Under the pieces are notes generated by a model. The model did not search any database and was not told where the DNA came from. It saw only the letters and a list, made by a program, of their open reading frames with translations. Positions 1 through 13,449 of a stretch of 64,000 nt of DNA are shown one piece after another. The translations under genes and the position numbers were made by a program. Location: positions 53,506,001 to 53,570,000 of the forward strand of contig OX597818.1 of NCBI GenBank assembly GCA_951406725.2. Direction: 5' to 3'. The stretch's first letter is position 1, and each line of letters begins with the position of its first letter. This stretch comes from Octopus vulgaris (lineage: Eukaryota).

Positions 1-382
1 TCACCTGGAAACTCTGAGTTTCCTGGTAACGGAGTTTTGCTTCGTGAGGTTCTTTTTTATCCTTTCCATGTTATTTCGCTTGCTTTCAATGAATGTGACA
101 TCGAAATCGCACGTAAACGGCTCCTTTCCCCAGGAAAGGAAATTTGGCTGCTATTTCTTGCACGTCCTGCTGCTACATAACAGATATTTCGGATCCTTTA
201 TCGCAAATAGCTGTTAAGTTATAGCAGGGCGTGCTGAAAATAGCAGCCAAATCTTTGCAGCTGAGATATGTTGAATGCACTCGAAAAAAGTTTTGTAATA
301 GTATTCCATTGGGGCGATCTTTCGCTTTGTCTCTCAGAACTGTCATCCAGATCAGTTGGTTTTGTTCATTAATTCCTATAAA

Positions 383-565
383 AATTATTTTATTTATTTA
401 CTTTGTTTTAAAGTGAAAGAGAGGAGAAAGTGAAAGACATATGAATGTGTATATGAAATAGACGTGTGTGTGTGAGAGAGTGAGAGAGAGACTGATAGAG
501 AGAGTGAGTAAGTTCCACTTACAAATAGATGAGAAGACACACGTTCACTCACTCACTCTCTTTCT

Positions 566-623
<58 letters not shown>

Positions 624-1140
624 CGCGTACACACAAAAAATATGTACGCATATGTATTGATGTATGTACGTATACATGACAACACCCCCCTTCTTACTCT
701 CTCTCTTTCTCTCTCTCTCACACACACACACACACGCACACTTGCACACGTACATACAAAAAAGATGTACGCATATGTATTGATGTATGTACGTATACAT
801 GACAACACCCCCCTTCTTACTCTCTCTCTTTCTCTCTCTCTCTCTCACACACACACACACGCACACTTGCACACGTACATACAAAAAAGATGTACGCATA
901 TGTATTGATGTATGTACGTATACATGACAACACCCCCTTCTTACTCTCTCTCTTTCTCTCTCACACACTCTCTCCCTCTTTTCTCACTCTCTTTTTCTCT
1001 CTCTCTTCCTTTCTCTCTCTTCCTCCCTCTTTCCTTCTCTCTCTTTCACACACACACGTCCATTTCATATACATGTACATATATCTTCCACTTTCTCCTC
1101 TCTTTCACTTTAAAACAAAAGTAAATCGATAATTATTTTT
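383..1140. mobile_element. MITE/foldback-like element with ~100 bp imperfect terminal inverted repeats around a triplicated ~120 bp unit
   Basis: TTTAAAGTGAAAGAGAGGAGAAAGTG...TATATGAAATAGACGTGTGTG (~405-475) is the reverse complement of ~1048-1115. The unit CACTTGCAC...ATGACAACACCCCC occurs three times (~615, ~740, ~865). Confidence 0.65.
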
Positions 1141-1607
1141 TACGGAAATTAAATATTGCCTGTTTAAAGAAACCTAAAATGTGAATATTTATTGTACAAA
1201 CAACTTACAGTTTTGAAATCACATTCAATTAAAATATTTCTAAATGATTAAAATATTGTGTACGTCAAAAAGTCGACTCTTTCTTTTTTCTTAGAGTGCT
1301 CGAAAACTATGTATGTGTATATATCACAGATAGCGGACGTGTGTTTGTGTTGATTGACAAGCCATGACATTCGTTGTATGTGTGGGTATTCTGTATGTGC
1401 GTATGTGGGTTGACGTCACAAAAGAAATAACATACAAAAATTGTGTTTAATAGTTTTCATTAATAAATAGAGATCCAAATATCAAAACATTTAACCTGCA
1501 ATGCCGAAAGTAAGTACGAAAATAAATATGCAAAAAAATGAAAAAACTATACTATTTCTGAGATGTTTCGGGTACACACACATCTCCAGAGTTTTAATAT
1601 TATTATG

Positions 1608-1790
1608 ATTCGCCATGATAGATGGCTAGCCACTACACATTCTTTATTTTTTCTCCTTGTTTCAGTGTTACTTTCTGTGGAAGAGCGTGGGCTCGAAACT
1701 TTAAAAACTTTTCCACTTCCCGAGAGTTATATTAATACATCTGTTTGTTGTCTACACCACCTGTCTTCCTCTTTTTTGTGAATTCTCCCT
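1608..1790 (+). repeat. Short PLE-terminus-like repeat with decayed hammerhead motif (family H1)
   Basis: Homologous to 5465-5660 and 29095-29245. Core reads CTGTGGA-AGAGCGTGGGCTC-GAAA; ends in (TA)n. Confidence 0.6.
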
Positions 1791-1808
1791 ATATATATAT
1801 ATATATAT

Positions 1809-1877
<69 letters not shown>

Positions 1878-1881
<4 letters not shown>

Positions 1882-2175
1882 GTTGCCTCTTGGAATGTTT
1901 TACGAATATCACAATGAGTAATTTATACATTTTTCTTTCAGATTCTAATTGTATTGGCCATAATCTTTAGCTATATTCGCACCCCTGTTCGTCCCATCTA
2001 AAGATCACATTAGACCTCTTACTATATGAGTTTCATAAAGGTAACAATGCAAGCACAGAAGCAAAGTCTCTTCAGAGAGTTTATGTGGATGATACAATGA
2101 GTGAAAGAAGTTGCAGGAGAGGGTTTTCTTGCTTCAGGCGTGGGGATTTGAGTTTCAAAGACGAGCCAAAAGACG
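1878..2175 (+). mobile_element. Mariner transposase N-terminal (HTH) remnant
   Basis: Translates DHIR/LLLYEFHKGNNASTEAKSLQRVYVDDTMSERSCRRGFSCFRRGDLSFKDEP with one frameshift, matching the Mos1/SETMAR-type HTH. Starts TA-TCAGGTTG after (TA)n. Confidence 0.8.
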
Positions 2176-2179
2176 AGAA

Positions 2180-2978
<799 letters not shown>

Positions 2979-3974
2979 CTTTTGTACAAGTCCAGCAATT
3001 TTGAAGGGAAGTGAAATCGATTATATCTACTCCAGTACTCAACCCGTACACATTTTATCGATCATGAAAGAGTAAAAAGTAAATTCGACATCGGTGGGAT
3101 TTGAGCTCAGAACGTCAAGAGAAAGCATTTCGAAGTTCTTTTGTCCGATGGGCTTAACAACTCTGCTAGCTAGTCGGCTGTTTGTTTACAAAATAATTTC
3201 GAAAGAAAAATAATTAACCAATATGTGCTAAGTTTCCTTTCGGATTACGTATAAGAAGTTCTAGACCATTCTGAATTCTTTGAAACAATATACTGACGTA
3301 TAAATAATTCCCACCCAGACAAATCATGACCATTATCCAATTTCCTGTTGATGTTTGATGTTAGAAAATATTCTAGAAAAGAAATCATTTTTAGCTTGAC
3401 CTGATAATTCAACCTTTGATCGCTAAAGTCTGAAAACTTACTTATATAGAATTTCTTTGCTATAGAAACCATTAACATACGCAGAACATTTCCAGCTGTT
3501 GACGTAAATGTGAGATTTTATTAGAAAACTATTCTAGGAGTTGACAATGTATGACATCATAGAAACCGTTGTTGTTGTTGTTGCTGCTGCTGCTAAGGTT
3601 GTGAGTGTAATTGTTATTGCTTACCTCCCAAGTCGAACCTAATTGAGTAACCTATGATCAAATGCATTACAGCCGTGGCCTTCCCATCTTTTATTAAAAC
3701 AGTGTATACTTTAGCTACATTAGAAAATATGTACTTCCTTTTTTTTAAGACTGTTGTGAGCAATTTTAGGGAGGTGTCCTGGGCAATTCGTACAGCTGCA
3801 TAGAGGTTCGGTTGTTGAGATCTGTTAAAATGAGTTCAGGGGTTCTTCTGGTTAAATACACACAACGATGTCGAAAAAAAAACCGGACATCTTAGGATCC
3901 ATTGTGCTAATGAATCGAATGCGCCATATAAGCTCAATCATTCTAAAATAAACGTTGTTCTCGCGCAGCGAATT

Positions 3975-4320
3975 ATAGGCGCGGTCGTGGCTGTATGTTT
4001 AAGAAGTTCACTTTACAAATGCGTGGTTTTAGGTTCAGTGCCCTGCGCGGCACCTTAGGCAAGTGTCTTTTATTTTAGCCCCTAACAGACCTGACAGATT
4101 TTGTGAGTCAGCTTGATAGACGGAAACTTCCGATAAAGATCTGTGCGTGTATGTGTATAGAGATATGTGTGTCCATGTATGTCTTTGTGTTTGGGCTTCT
4201 CACCTACACCGCTCCCGCAGGTTTGCTAATAATCCCGTGACTTAATAGTTAAGTAAATGAAACCGGTAGAATAAGTAGCAAACTTAAAACAAAAACCTAA
4301 TTACTCGTGTCGAATAGTTC
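3975..4320 (+). mobile_element. Old diverged copy of SINE family A
   Basis: GGCGCGGTCGTGGCTG...GGCACCTTAGGCAAGTGTCTT...GATAGACGGAAACT...TAGAATAAGTA aligns with younger copies. Confidence 0.7.
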
Positions 4321-4419
4321 ACAAACGTTACCTTTTGTTGGTATTTAGGATAGATATAAACTGATGATTCTTACTTTCCCCGTAACCATAGGTATAGAAA
4401 AATACTCAATAGGTATACG

Positions 4420-4740
4420 ATTAAAATCACAGTTATACCCCTAATATAAATGTCTACATCGATAAACAACCGATGACTCAGACCTGTCCAAGACGAACAT
4501 TCAGACATAATTCTAAATGTCCTCTATGGAAGGCACGCGTTATACTGGATCTGTGAAAGGAAAATTTAAATTCAGATAGCACAACCATCTTTCAAATTTT
4601 AGACAACCCGAGAAGAGACATGCAACAACCTCTCCCCATTAATCTGGAAACTTAAGGACCAGCTCGTCTGCTACAGGATCAAATGGAAGATCATTTTTAT
4701 ACAAAACTTTATAATGACGGGTCGAAAAAGATACTTGCTT
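4420..4740 (+). mobile_element. Decayed PLE GIY-YIG endonuclease fragment
   Basis: RYTGSVKGKFKFR*HNHLSNFRQPEKRHATT..IWKLKDQLVCYRIKWKII; same family as 19030-19630. Confidence 0.7.
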
Positions 4741-5291
4741 GAAATGCTATATTATTCTTTTAATTGTTTCAGTCATTTGACTGTGGCCATGATGGAGCAT
4801 CGCCTTTAAAAATAATTTAAGAATCTCTAGTGACTGTGTAAATATCAGAAGCGAGGTTTTTGCTTCATGTCCGCATCGTATAAAATATAGCTTAGCAGAA
4901 ATTAAGGATAAACCACCGAGCACACCATAGACCATTCCAGTGTTACTTTATGAATTTTTTTATATTATCAAGTTACTGGTCATATTTACGATGAAGTTGA
5001 TTATCTCTCCTGAGCTTCTCTCTCTCTTTTTTGTAAATACACGTACTCATTCAAACGACAATTGCATCTGACGCAATTACTAAACATTTTCGTTATTTTT
5101 ACCATAGTGATAAATAGCGAAATAAATCACTATTTCGGACAGAAAACCCTGGGAAATTGCATTTCACAAGGATTTTTGTGGTTTTTATATTTTGTTAATA
5201 TCTTTACTCCCTTAGCATGATTGAGTGTCTTAGTACATGCTGAAAATCATACCACACAGTAGTGTAGGGCGAGAGGGGGTATATATAAATG

Positions 5292-5410
<119 letters not shown>

Positions 5411-5464
5411 GCATATATATATATATATATATATATATAATCAAAATAAGCAACCGAAGTCAGG

Positions 5465-5660
5465 ACGCCATGATAGATCGTTAGCTCCTACACGCATTTT
5501 TGTCTCCTTGTTTTTTTCTGTGGAACTTTCTGTCGAAGAGCGTAGGCTCGAAACGTAAAAGACTTTTTCTATTTCTATTCCTGAGCGCAATACTAATACA
5601 TTTGTTTGTTTGTACTCCACCTGCTTTCGTCTTTTGTTTATTTTCGTAAACTTTCCCTTT
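5465..5660 (+). repeat. Family H1 short repeat with hammerhead-like motif (A6 mutated)
   Basis: CTTT-CTGTCGA-AGAGCGTAGGCTC-GAAA-CG-TA-AAAG at ~5526-5561; sits between (TA)n tracts. Confidence 0.65.
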
Positions 5661-5814
5661 ATATACATACATACATATATATATGTGAATTTTCTTCGAG
5701 TTTAATTTAAGTTCTTCTTGAGAGAGTTCAAATCGGTCGCTAACAAAGCGACAAGACTCTTTTGTGTTATAAATATGTGGTTGACTTGGCATGTGCATCT
5801 ATTCACATAATAAT

Positions 5815-6893
5815 CTCAAATGAGGTATGTTTGGAATGTCTCACAAGTCTTTACTGTGCCACTAATAGATTAGAATTGGAGAACTCGCATCAGTTTCTTT
5901 AGCTCTATCTCTGTGAAACCAATTGCTTCTAGGTTTTTGTGAAAATTTCTTGGTGGATAGCCTAAGGTACCAATGATGATCGATATAAGCGTTAATATGT
6001 TGGCGGCGAGCTGGCAGAAACGTTAGCACGCCGGGCGAAATGCGTAGCCATATTTTGTCTGCCGTTACGTTCTGAGTTCAAATTCCACCGAGGTTGACTA
6101 CTGTGTGTGCCTACTGGAAATTGTCTTTGTGTGTGTTTATAACTATGCATTTTTCTGCCTATTTAGATGTGTTGACTGAGTGAGTGTTCTCTTTTTCCTG
6201 ATTTTTCATTGTACATTCACATCGGCTGGGCAGCTTGTCTCTACAAGATTTTTATACTCTGCTCCTCAGAACAATATCAGCTCTGATATGCCTTTCATCC
6301 CTTCGGGGTCGATAAATTTAGCACCAGTTACGCATTGGTGTCGATGTAATCGACTTAATCCGTTTGTCTGACCTTGTTTGTCTTCTCTGTGTTTATCCCC
6401 TTGTGGGTAGTAAAGAAATAGCTATGTCGTCTGTCTTTATGTTCTGAGTTCAAATTCCGCCGAGGTCGACTTTGCCTTTCATCCTTTCGGGGTCGATAAA
6501 ATAAGTACCAGTTACGCACTGGGGTCGATATAATCGACTTAATCCCTTTGTCTGTCCTTGTTTGTCTCCTCTGTGTTTAGCCCCTTGTGGGTAGTAAAAA
6601 ATAGATATAAGCGTTAATTCATAGACACAGTACAAGAGCAGTAATTTCTGCATTAACTCGCCTTAAATGTTCTCTTTTTCATGATTTTTTATTGTACATT
6701 CACATCCGCTGTGCAGTTTGTCTCTGCAGGATTTTATACCCTGCTCCTCAGAACATTATCTGATCTGATATGCTTTCACAGAACTGACGCTTTTGTTGGG
6801 GTGTTCCACCAGTATACCTTGTTTTTTAAAAGTGCGAATACCTGCTGGTTCTGCCTTTAATCTATAGATCACGGCTGTCCTTCTTGCAGATAG
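5815..6893 (-). mobile_element. Decayed R4-like RLE non-LTR retrotransposon 3' end, split by a SINE B insertion
   Basis: Minus strand YWWNTPTKASVL*KHIRSD (cf. HNRPD)...ELMQKLLLLYCVYELTLIS / IIIGTLGY..NLEAIGFTEIELKKLMRVLQF*SISGTVKTCETF. Same family as 11720-12000. Confidence 0.75.
6001..6603 (+). mobile_element. SINE family B (multimeric) with 15-bp target-site duplication
   Basis: Head GGCGGCGAGCTGGCAGAAACGTTAGC with B-box-like GAGTTCAAATTCC. TSD GATATAAGCGTTAAT at 5982-5996 and 6604-6618. Confidence 0.9.
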
Positions 6894-6967
6894 CATGCAA
6901 AATAGTATGTTTGTCTGTCTGTCTTTCTGTCTATCTGTCTGTCTTTCTTTCTGTATGTATGTATGTA

Positions 6968-7187
6968 TACTCTTTACTCTTTTACTCTTTTACTTGTTTC
7001 AGTCATTTGACTGCGGCCATGCTGGAGCACCACCTTTAATCGAGCAACTCGACCCCGGGACTTATTCTTTTGTAAGCCCAGTACTTATTCTATCGGTCTC
7101 TTTTGCCGAACCGCTAAGTAACGGGGACATAAACACACCAGCATCGGTTGTCAAGCAATGCTAGGGGGACACACACAAATACACACA

Positions 7188-7228
<41 letters not shown>

Positions 7229-7390
7229 GACGGGCTTCTTTCAGCTTCCGTCAACCAAATCCACTCACAAGGCTTTGGTCGGCCCGAGGCTATAGTAGAA
7301 GACACTTGCCCAAGATGTCACGCAGTGGGACTGAACCCAGAAGCATGAGGTTGGTAAACAAGCTACTTACCACTTACCACACAGCCACTA
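6968..7390 (-). mobile_element. tRNA-derived SINE family A with internal microsatellite
   Basis: Reverse complement of the element at 24377-24805; (AAAGAGT)n tail. Confidence 0.9.
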
Positions 7391-7910
7391 TGTATGTATG
7401 TATGTATGTATGTATGTATGTATGTATGTATGTATGTATGTATGTATGTATGTATGTATGTATTAGGTATGTATGTATGTATGTATGTATGTATGCATGT
7501 ATGTATGTGTGTATTATGTGTGTGTGTGTATGCGTGCATGTATAAAAAATTACCAACACTGTTTCCTTATGACTCATCAGGGATGGGATTGCTCACCAAA
7601 CTTGTCAACTGCCAAAACCTGAAGAGAATATTTATTCTTTTGAATATTGCAAACAAAGTATTACTTGTTTAGGAAAATTTAATAAAGATAAATATTGACG
7701 AACAGGATTTAATATCAAAAGGACCAACACAGAGTAGTTTTAAATAAATCTGCATAAGGAAATCGTATTCGATATGCTCATTAAATACGTGATAAGTCTC
7801 ACTGCGGCAATATAAGCGATAAAAAAAAACAGAAATGCAGAAAAATTTCGGTTGTTAAAAGTGTGTGAAGCTTGATTAGTTCTGGTCTTCTTAAATCTAA
7901 TCAATATGCA

Positions 7911-7959
<49 letters not shown>

Positions 7960-8015
7960 GTTTAAATATTTGTTTATTGGCTAAACTGGCAATATGACCA
8001 TTCCGAAATATAACA

Positions 8016-8050
<35 letters not shown>

Positions 8051-8057
8051 GATAGAC

Positions 8058-8125
<68 letters not shown>

Positions 8126-9354
8126 GTATATACACATATATGTATGTATGCATATTTTTGTTATGTACGTGAGGGTATATATGGACGCATATAAACATGT
8201 ATATTTTTATGTACACGCACCCACACATATACATATATGTCTATATAAATTATTATTATTTAAAATAAAAAGATTTGTTCGTAAATATTGCTTGATATAT
8301 ATGTCTATATATATATATGAATGTGTAAATATATACAAATATATAAGTATATGTATATGTATATTCACACATACATACATGTATATATGCGTGTGTGTGC
8401 GTATGTTTATATGTATGCACACACACGCACACACATACATACGCATGGCCACAGAAATAAAAATAAATGAGTTGAGAAATAACTCAGCGGCCTGTGATGT
8501 GTATTTGAACATTGGAGATGAAGAAGGATATATTAAATAGCTCAAACGAGAACTTCTTGTTTTATTAAAAGGATTTGTGCTTCTAGAGTGTGTAGAAAAA
8601 TCGCTTAGTGGGAATTTAGACCAATACCAAATGAGAAAGGGAGATAATTTCAAACCTCAAGAATTACCCATGATTGACAAGCATTAAAGAAAATTACAGT
8701 CCACCCGAATTTTCTTAAGAGGAGAAAATTGTGGGTGTTTCTTCTTCAGCAGATGGGATATTTAGAAACATATAAAATAGAGTGGTATTTTTCTCACACT
8801 TGTCTGAGTATACCATTTCCAGGCAATCAGATTGCTTATTATTCTTTTTTGTCTTTCTTAATGGTTAGGAAGTTTATTTTGGATGCACGAGTTGCCGAGG
8901 TAGATCGCACTGCTAACAACAACAACAATACTAAAGGTGATCAAGATGAAGATAGCAGGAAAATTATCTTATTTAGGGTTAAAAGTTCTATTGCCACCAC
9001 CATCACCACTAGCAACAATAATTAAGGTGCTGACAATGATGATGATGACAATTGAAATATAAAAATCCCTGACAAAGGCTATTTACAACATTTCTAAAAA
9101 TAGCCCAACAATTGCTGCCTCGGCCAAGGTTAAGAAACAGGACTCTTGACATGTTAAACAAAGCGTGACGCCTAAACCAATCAGCTCAACCAACCAATCA
9201 GCTTAAGTAATTGAGTGATACTACACACTGATTGGTCAGAATGCAGTTTGCAAAATCCTAGCAATCTGGAGCCTACACAGGTGTATTTAAGGCACAGATT
9301 TAACCATCTCGCTACAGTCAAAAATTGTGTAGCATGACTGTCACCACTACTACA

Positions 9355-9399
9355 TGAACCTGAAGATTGCAGAATTTAATGCATGAAAGTACTAGTTCA
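9355..9399 (+). ncRNA. Minimal type I hammerhead ribozyme (intact core) near the 3' end of a PLE-like repeat
   Basis: TGAAC-CTGAAGA-T-TGCA-gaatttaa-TGCA-T-GAAA-GTAC-TA-GTTCA. Stem I TGAAC/GTTCA; palindromic stem III AGTACT. Confidence 0.8.
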
Positions 9400-9837
9400 A
9401 TCAGAATGAACATTTAACATTCTATTATTATATTATTTTATTTTATTTTATTTTATTTTATTATATTATATTATCTTATATCATTATAAGATTGTAAATA
9501 AAACGTGAAAATCAGACAAGGTTGGAATTCCTTTTATTAATATATTCTTCTATACACAATCACACACACCCGTATATACACATATATATATGTGTATGTA
9601 TGTATATATGTTTACACACACATACAAACTTGCACATACGCACGCACACACACACACATACATACATATATTTCATTTTTATTTCATTTATTTATTTCAT
9701 CTAGTTTCAACTCACGAGCCGTGGCCATGCTGGGGCACCGCCATTTAAATACATAATCATATATCTCATTCTCACTGATTCTTCGTCATGCTCTGAAGAT
9801 CACATTAACAGTTTACTGCCGCATCTTGTTTCGGAAG

Positions 9838-11300
9838 TTTGGATGATTGCTTCATACTTTGGAAAGACAGCATGGATAAACTCTTTGATTTCAAAATAAT
9901 GCTTAACATACATAGCAATATACAATTCACTATGGAACACAACAGTAAACAACTCCCTTTTCTAGACATGTTAATTAAAATAGTTAACAACCACATAGAA
10001 ACGGACATCTTTTATAAACCCACAGATTCTAAACAATACCTATTATTTAACTCTTGCCACCCCAAACACAAAAAACATAATATACCCTTTAATCTAGCGA
10101 AAAGAATCTGTACCATAGTTTCGGATACATATACTCGTAAACAAAGACTTCTTGAACTTAGATCAACACTAACTAAAAGACATTACCCAATCACATGAAT
10201 AAAGGAAGGCATTAAAAGAGCTAAAGAAATAGATAAACAAATGTTAAGGCAAATCAGCCGAAATACTAAACCAGACATAAAAATACTCCCGTAAATTTCC
10301 ACACATAACCCTAGAAACAACGAAGCCTTCAACATTATCACCCAAAATCTTCCCATCCTCACAGCAGACAAAACAATGAACGAAATTTTAAGCTCATACA
10401 AAATTATAAAAAGCAAAAAGCAACCGAAGCCACTGAAAAAAATATTAACCAGCGCAAGACTATATCCACTAACAACAGAGCCAAAAGTTAAAAAAATGTG
10501 GTCGTACTAACAGTGGAACATGCCCCCACCTTTTGGAGGGTTCAGAATTTCACTTCAAACAAAGAGAATTATTTAAGTTCAAATCAAATTTCACCTGCGC
10601 CTCGGAAAATCTAATCTATGTCATGACATGCTTAGGATGTGGTAACCGCTATATTGGACAAACAGGAATTTCGCTCCGTCGAAGAACCACCATTCACAAA
10701 GAGCAAATCCGCCACCCACAATACAGACAGTTACAGGTTAATCAACACATAGAAAGGTGTGCCAGGAATCTTAATCCTAATTTCCAAATCTTCCCCTTCT
10801 ATCAATGTTCACAGAACACCACAATGCAACAAAGGTTGAATAAAGAGGCATTTTTCATCAATAAATATCTCCCTCAACTAAATATGAACGCACAACTGAA
10901 TACAGAACACCACTAACCATTCAATTAAAACCACTAACCCCTATACACTCCCTACATCATTCACATTACAATTCTATATCTAAATCTAGAACTACTTACC
11001 TCCCTTACAAATATTCTTTTTTCTCAAGAACTATTAGACCTGACACCGTTTATTAGCCGGTGTTTATTCAAAGCAATGAATGGCTTTGACGAAACCATGG
11101 TATGCTTTGCTTTCTGACTTTTTAATCATCTCATAATAATGACTTTTATGACTTTTATTACTACCTCAGTCTATGTAAAAGTATATATCTGTCGTTACCT
11201 TTCATAAAATGACTTTTCTTTTTTTATTTACAATGTGCATTTTCGTTGATTTTTCTTATTTTCCCCTTATATTTCCACGTGCATTTTTTTTTTTTTTTTA
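9838..11300 (+). mobile_element. 5'-truncated Penelope-like retroelement: RT C-terminal half, GIY-YIG endonuclease and 3' repeat
   Basis: LDDCF...IQFTME...LPFLD...DIFYKPTDSKQYLLFNSCHP (RT/thumb); two stops and a frameshift near 10497; then NLIYVMTCLGCGNRYIGQTG...R...H...E...LN (GIY-YIG). HHR remnant at 11069-11109. Confidence 0.92.
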
Positions 11301-11312
11301 ACAAATTTATAC

Positions 11313-11400
<88 letters not shown>

Positions 11401-11634
11401 AATCTATTACCTACCTCATTTTATTAATCAAAATTGCGTGTTAGAAAAATATGAATAAAATGTTTTCATTTTATATTTTAATTTTTATCATTTTGTTTTT
11501 TTTCTTGAAGACATTCAAACATTAGTATGTAGATATTTGCTAGAGACTTAAATAATGTTTCTAAAACTGCAGCGCACCAAAATATATTTTGCATAGTACT
11601 GTATAATGACCTCTCTCTCTCTTTCTCTCTCTGT

Positions 11635-11670
<36 letters not shown>

Positions 11671-11719
11671 TCTCTCTTTATATCTATGCATACATGAAGG
11701 TGCTAGTTTCTAATAAAGA

Positions 11720-12000
11720 TACAAATATCTATCTTTGGAATGCCGGTAACGAAATCAATGTCACATTTTAACCTGAGAAAAGTTTTGCATAGTTTTACTG
11801 TTTCGCTTACAGATTGTATTTGTAATGTGCAAATCTGTTGGTTTATTTCTTTTTCTGAAAATCCAAGATTATCCAGACTGACAGGCATTTACTTACAAAA
11901 TTAAGTGCTTCAATTATTATTGGCATCAATGTAAATTTGCAATCCGGAGGTTTCGAAGCAGTTATCTTCATAGTTACCTTCTTTCTCTTTGATTTTCAAA
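11720..12000 (-). mobile_element. R4-like RLE non-LTR retrotransposon C-terminal remnant
   Basis: PDCKFTLMPIIIEALNFVSKCL / SLDNLGFSEKEINQQICTLQIQSVSETVKLCKTFLRL; homologous to 5815-5995. Confidence 0.75.
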
Positions 12001-12059
12001 AAGATGTATGTATGTATGTATGTAGTTTCAAAAAGATGTATGTATGTATGTATGTATGT

Positions 12060-12300
12060 ATATCTGTCAGGCATGTGGAAGAGAGTGTAATTTGGCAGGA
12101 GGACTTAAACGACATGCAAAGGTACATGAAGCTCAGTTACAACTACAGACGGTTATTACCGGTAAAGGTTTTAGCTGCCAATTCTGTACAAGACATTGTA
12201 TATCTTTAGCTGGGCTAAAAAGTCACATTCGATCACAGCATCAGTAACAGTTAAGCTTCGTGCAATGGCCATACTCGATAACGAGGGGGCAGCCATCATG
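12060..12300 (+). mobile_element. RTE-type LINE 3' end encoding two C2H2 zinc fingers
   Basis: CQACGRECNLAGGLKRHAKVH and CQFCTRHCISLAGLKSHIRSQH*, then a short UTR (TGGCCATACTCGATAACGAGG...CCATC). (TATG)n on both sides; no TGEKPY linker. Confidence 0.7.
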
Positions 12301-12928
12301 TATGTATTTGTATGCAAGTATGTAGTTATGTATAAATGAAAGCGCTAAGAAACTAATTCAAGATGGCCGTCATATGAATGCAGATTAGAATCAACGGGTT
12401 TCATGAATGCAGTACATGATAAATAATAAATTCATTAAGACATCCTTTGCGTTAGATGAAGGTAAATCGCAATACAAGTAGTGTCAGTAAATCTCAGAGA
12501 GAAGGGGAGATCAATTCAAGAAGTTAAGTATTTCATGGTTGAATTAACATTGGTAAAACGGACAATGATAGTTGTTTCGGTTATCGAATTGAATCATTTC
12601 TTTATTTTCGGAGAATAAATTACTTTTCAAGGCCATCTGCATGGAAAACAACAGTTGAGTCCGTATTAACATGTTTAATTCAAGGAACAAACATCAAAAT
12701 AGCACACTCGGAAAAGAAGAGAAAAACACATTCTAGGAGTGGCAGTAGTATGCATTCTTGACTAACTTGGCTATTGTTTTTTTGTTGTTTTTCTTGCAGA
12801 AGACTTCTAAGAGTGATTTATTTCCTGAAATATCTATTGATAATGCTTGCTAACTTGATCATTTGCTAACAGGCAAAAAACATTAATTTATTCTTCGAAA
12901 ATTTCTAATTTCCTACGTTAAGAAGTGT

Positions 12929-13222
12929 GGAGGCGCAATGGCCCAGTGGTTAGGGCAGCGGACTCGCGGTCGGAGGATCGCGGTTTCGATTCCCAGACCG
13001 GGCGTTGTGTGTGTTTATTGAGCGAAAACGCCTAAAAGCTCCACGAGGCTCCGGCATGGGGTACTGTTGTACTCTTTCGCCCCAACTTTTTCTCACTCTT
13101 TCTTCGTGTTTCTTGGGTGTTTCTGCGATGGACTGGCGTCCCGTCCAGCTGGGGGAACACATACGCCACAGAAACCGGGAAACCGGGCCCATGAGACTGG
13201 CTAGGCTTGAAAAGGGCGAAGT
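12929..13222 (+). mobile_element. tRNA-derived SINE family C (tail type 1) with TSD
   Basis: A box TGGCCCAGTGG, B box GGTTTCGATTCCC. TSD TACGTTAAGAAGTGT at 12914-12928 and 13227-13241. Confidence 0.92.
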
Positions 13223-13449
13223 ATCTTACGTTAAGAAGTGTACACCGTTGTACATTTACTTAGTGATTCTCTTATCACTACTTAGACATCTACAGTGAAA
13301 TCTGTGTTTCACTAATGTTGTTTGATACAACTCGAATATATCCAGAGTTGTCTCTTGTACTTGCTAAAATAGTCAAAACTATATTAGCCACTGACTAATA
13401 CTAACTTAAAGTAGGTACCAAGACACAGGGTTATTTAATTATTTAATTA

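Noticed and set aside
12929-13005. tRNA gene
   Set aside because: A/B boxes belong to a SINE head with body, tail and TSD; no full cloverleaf acceptor stem.
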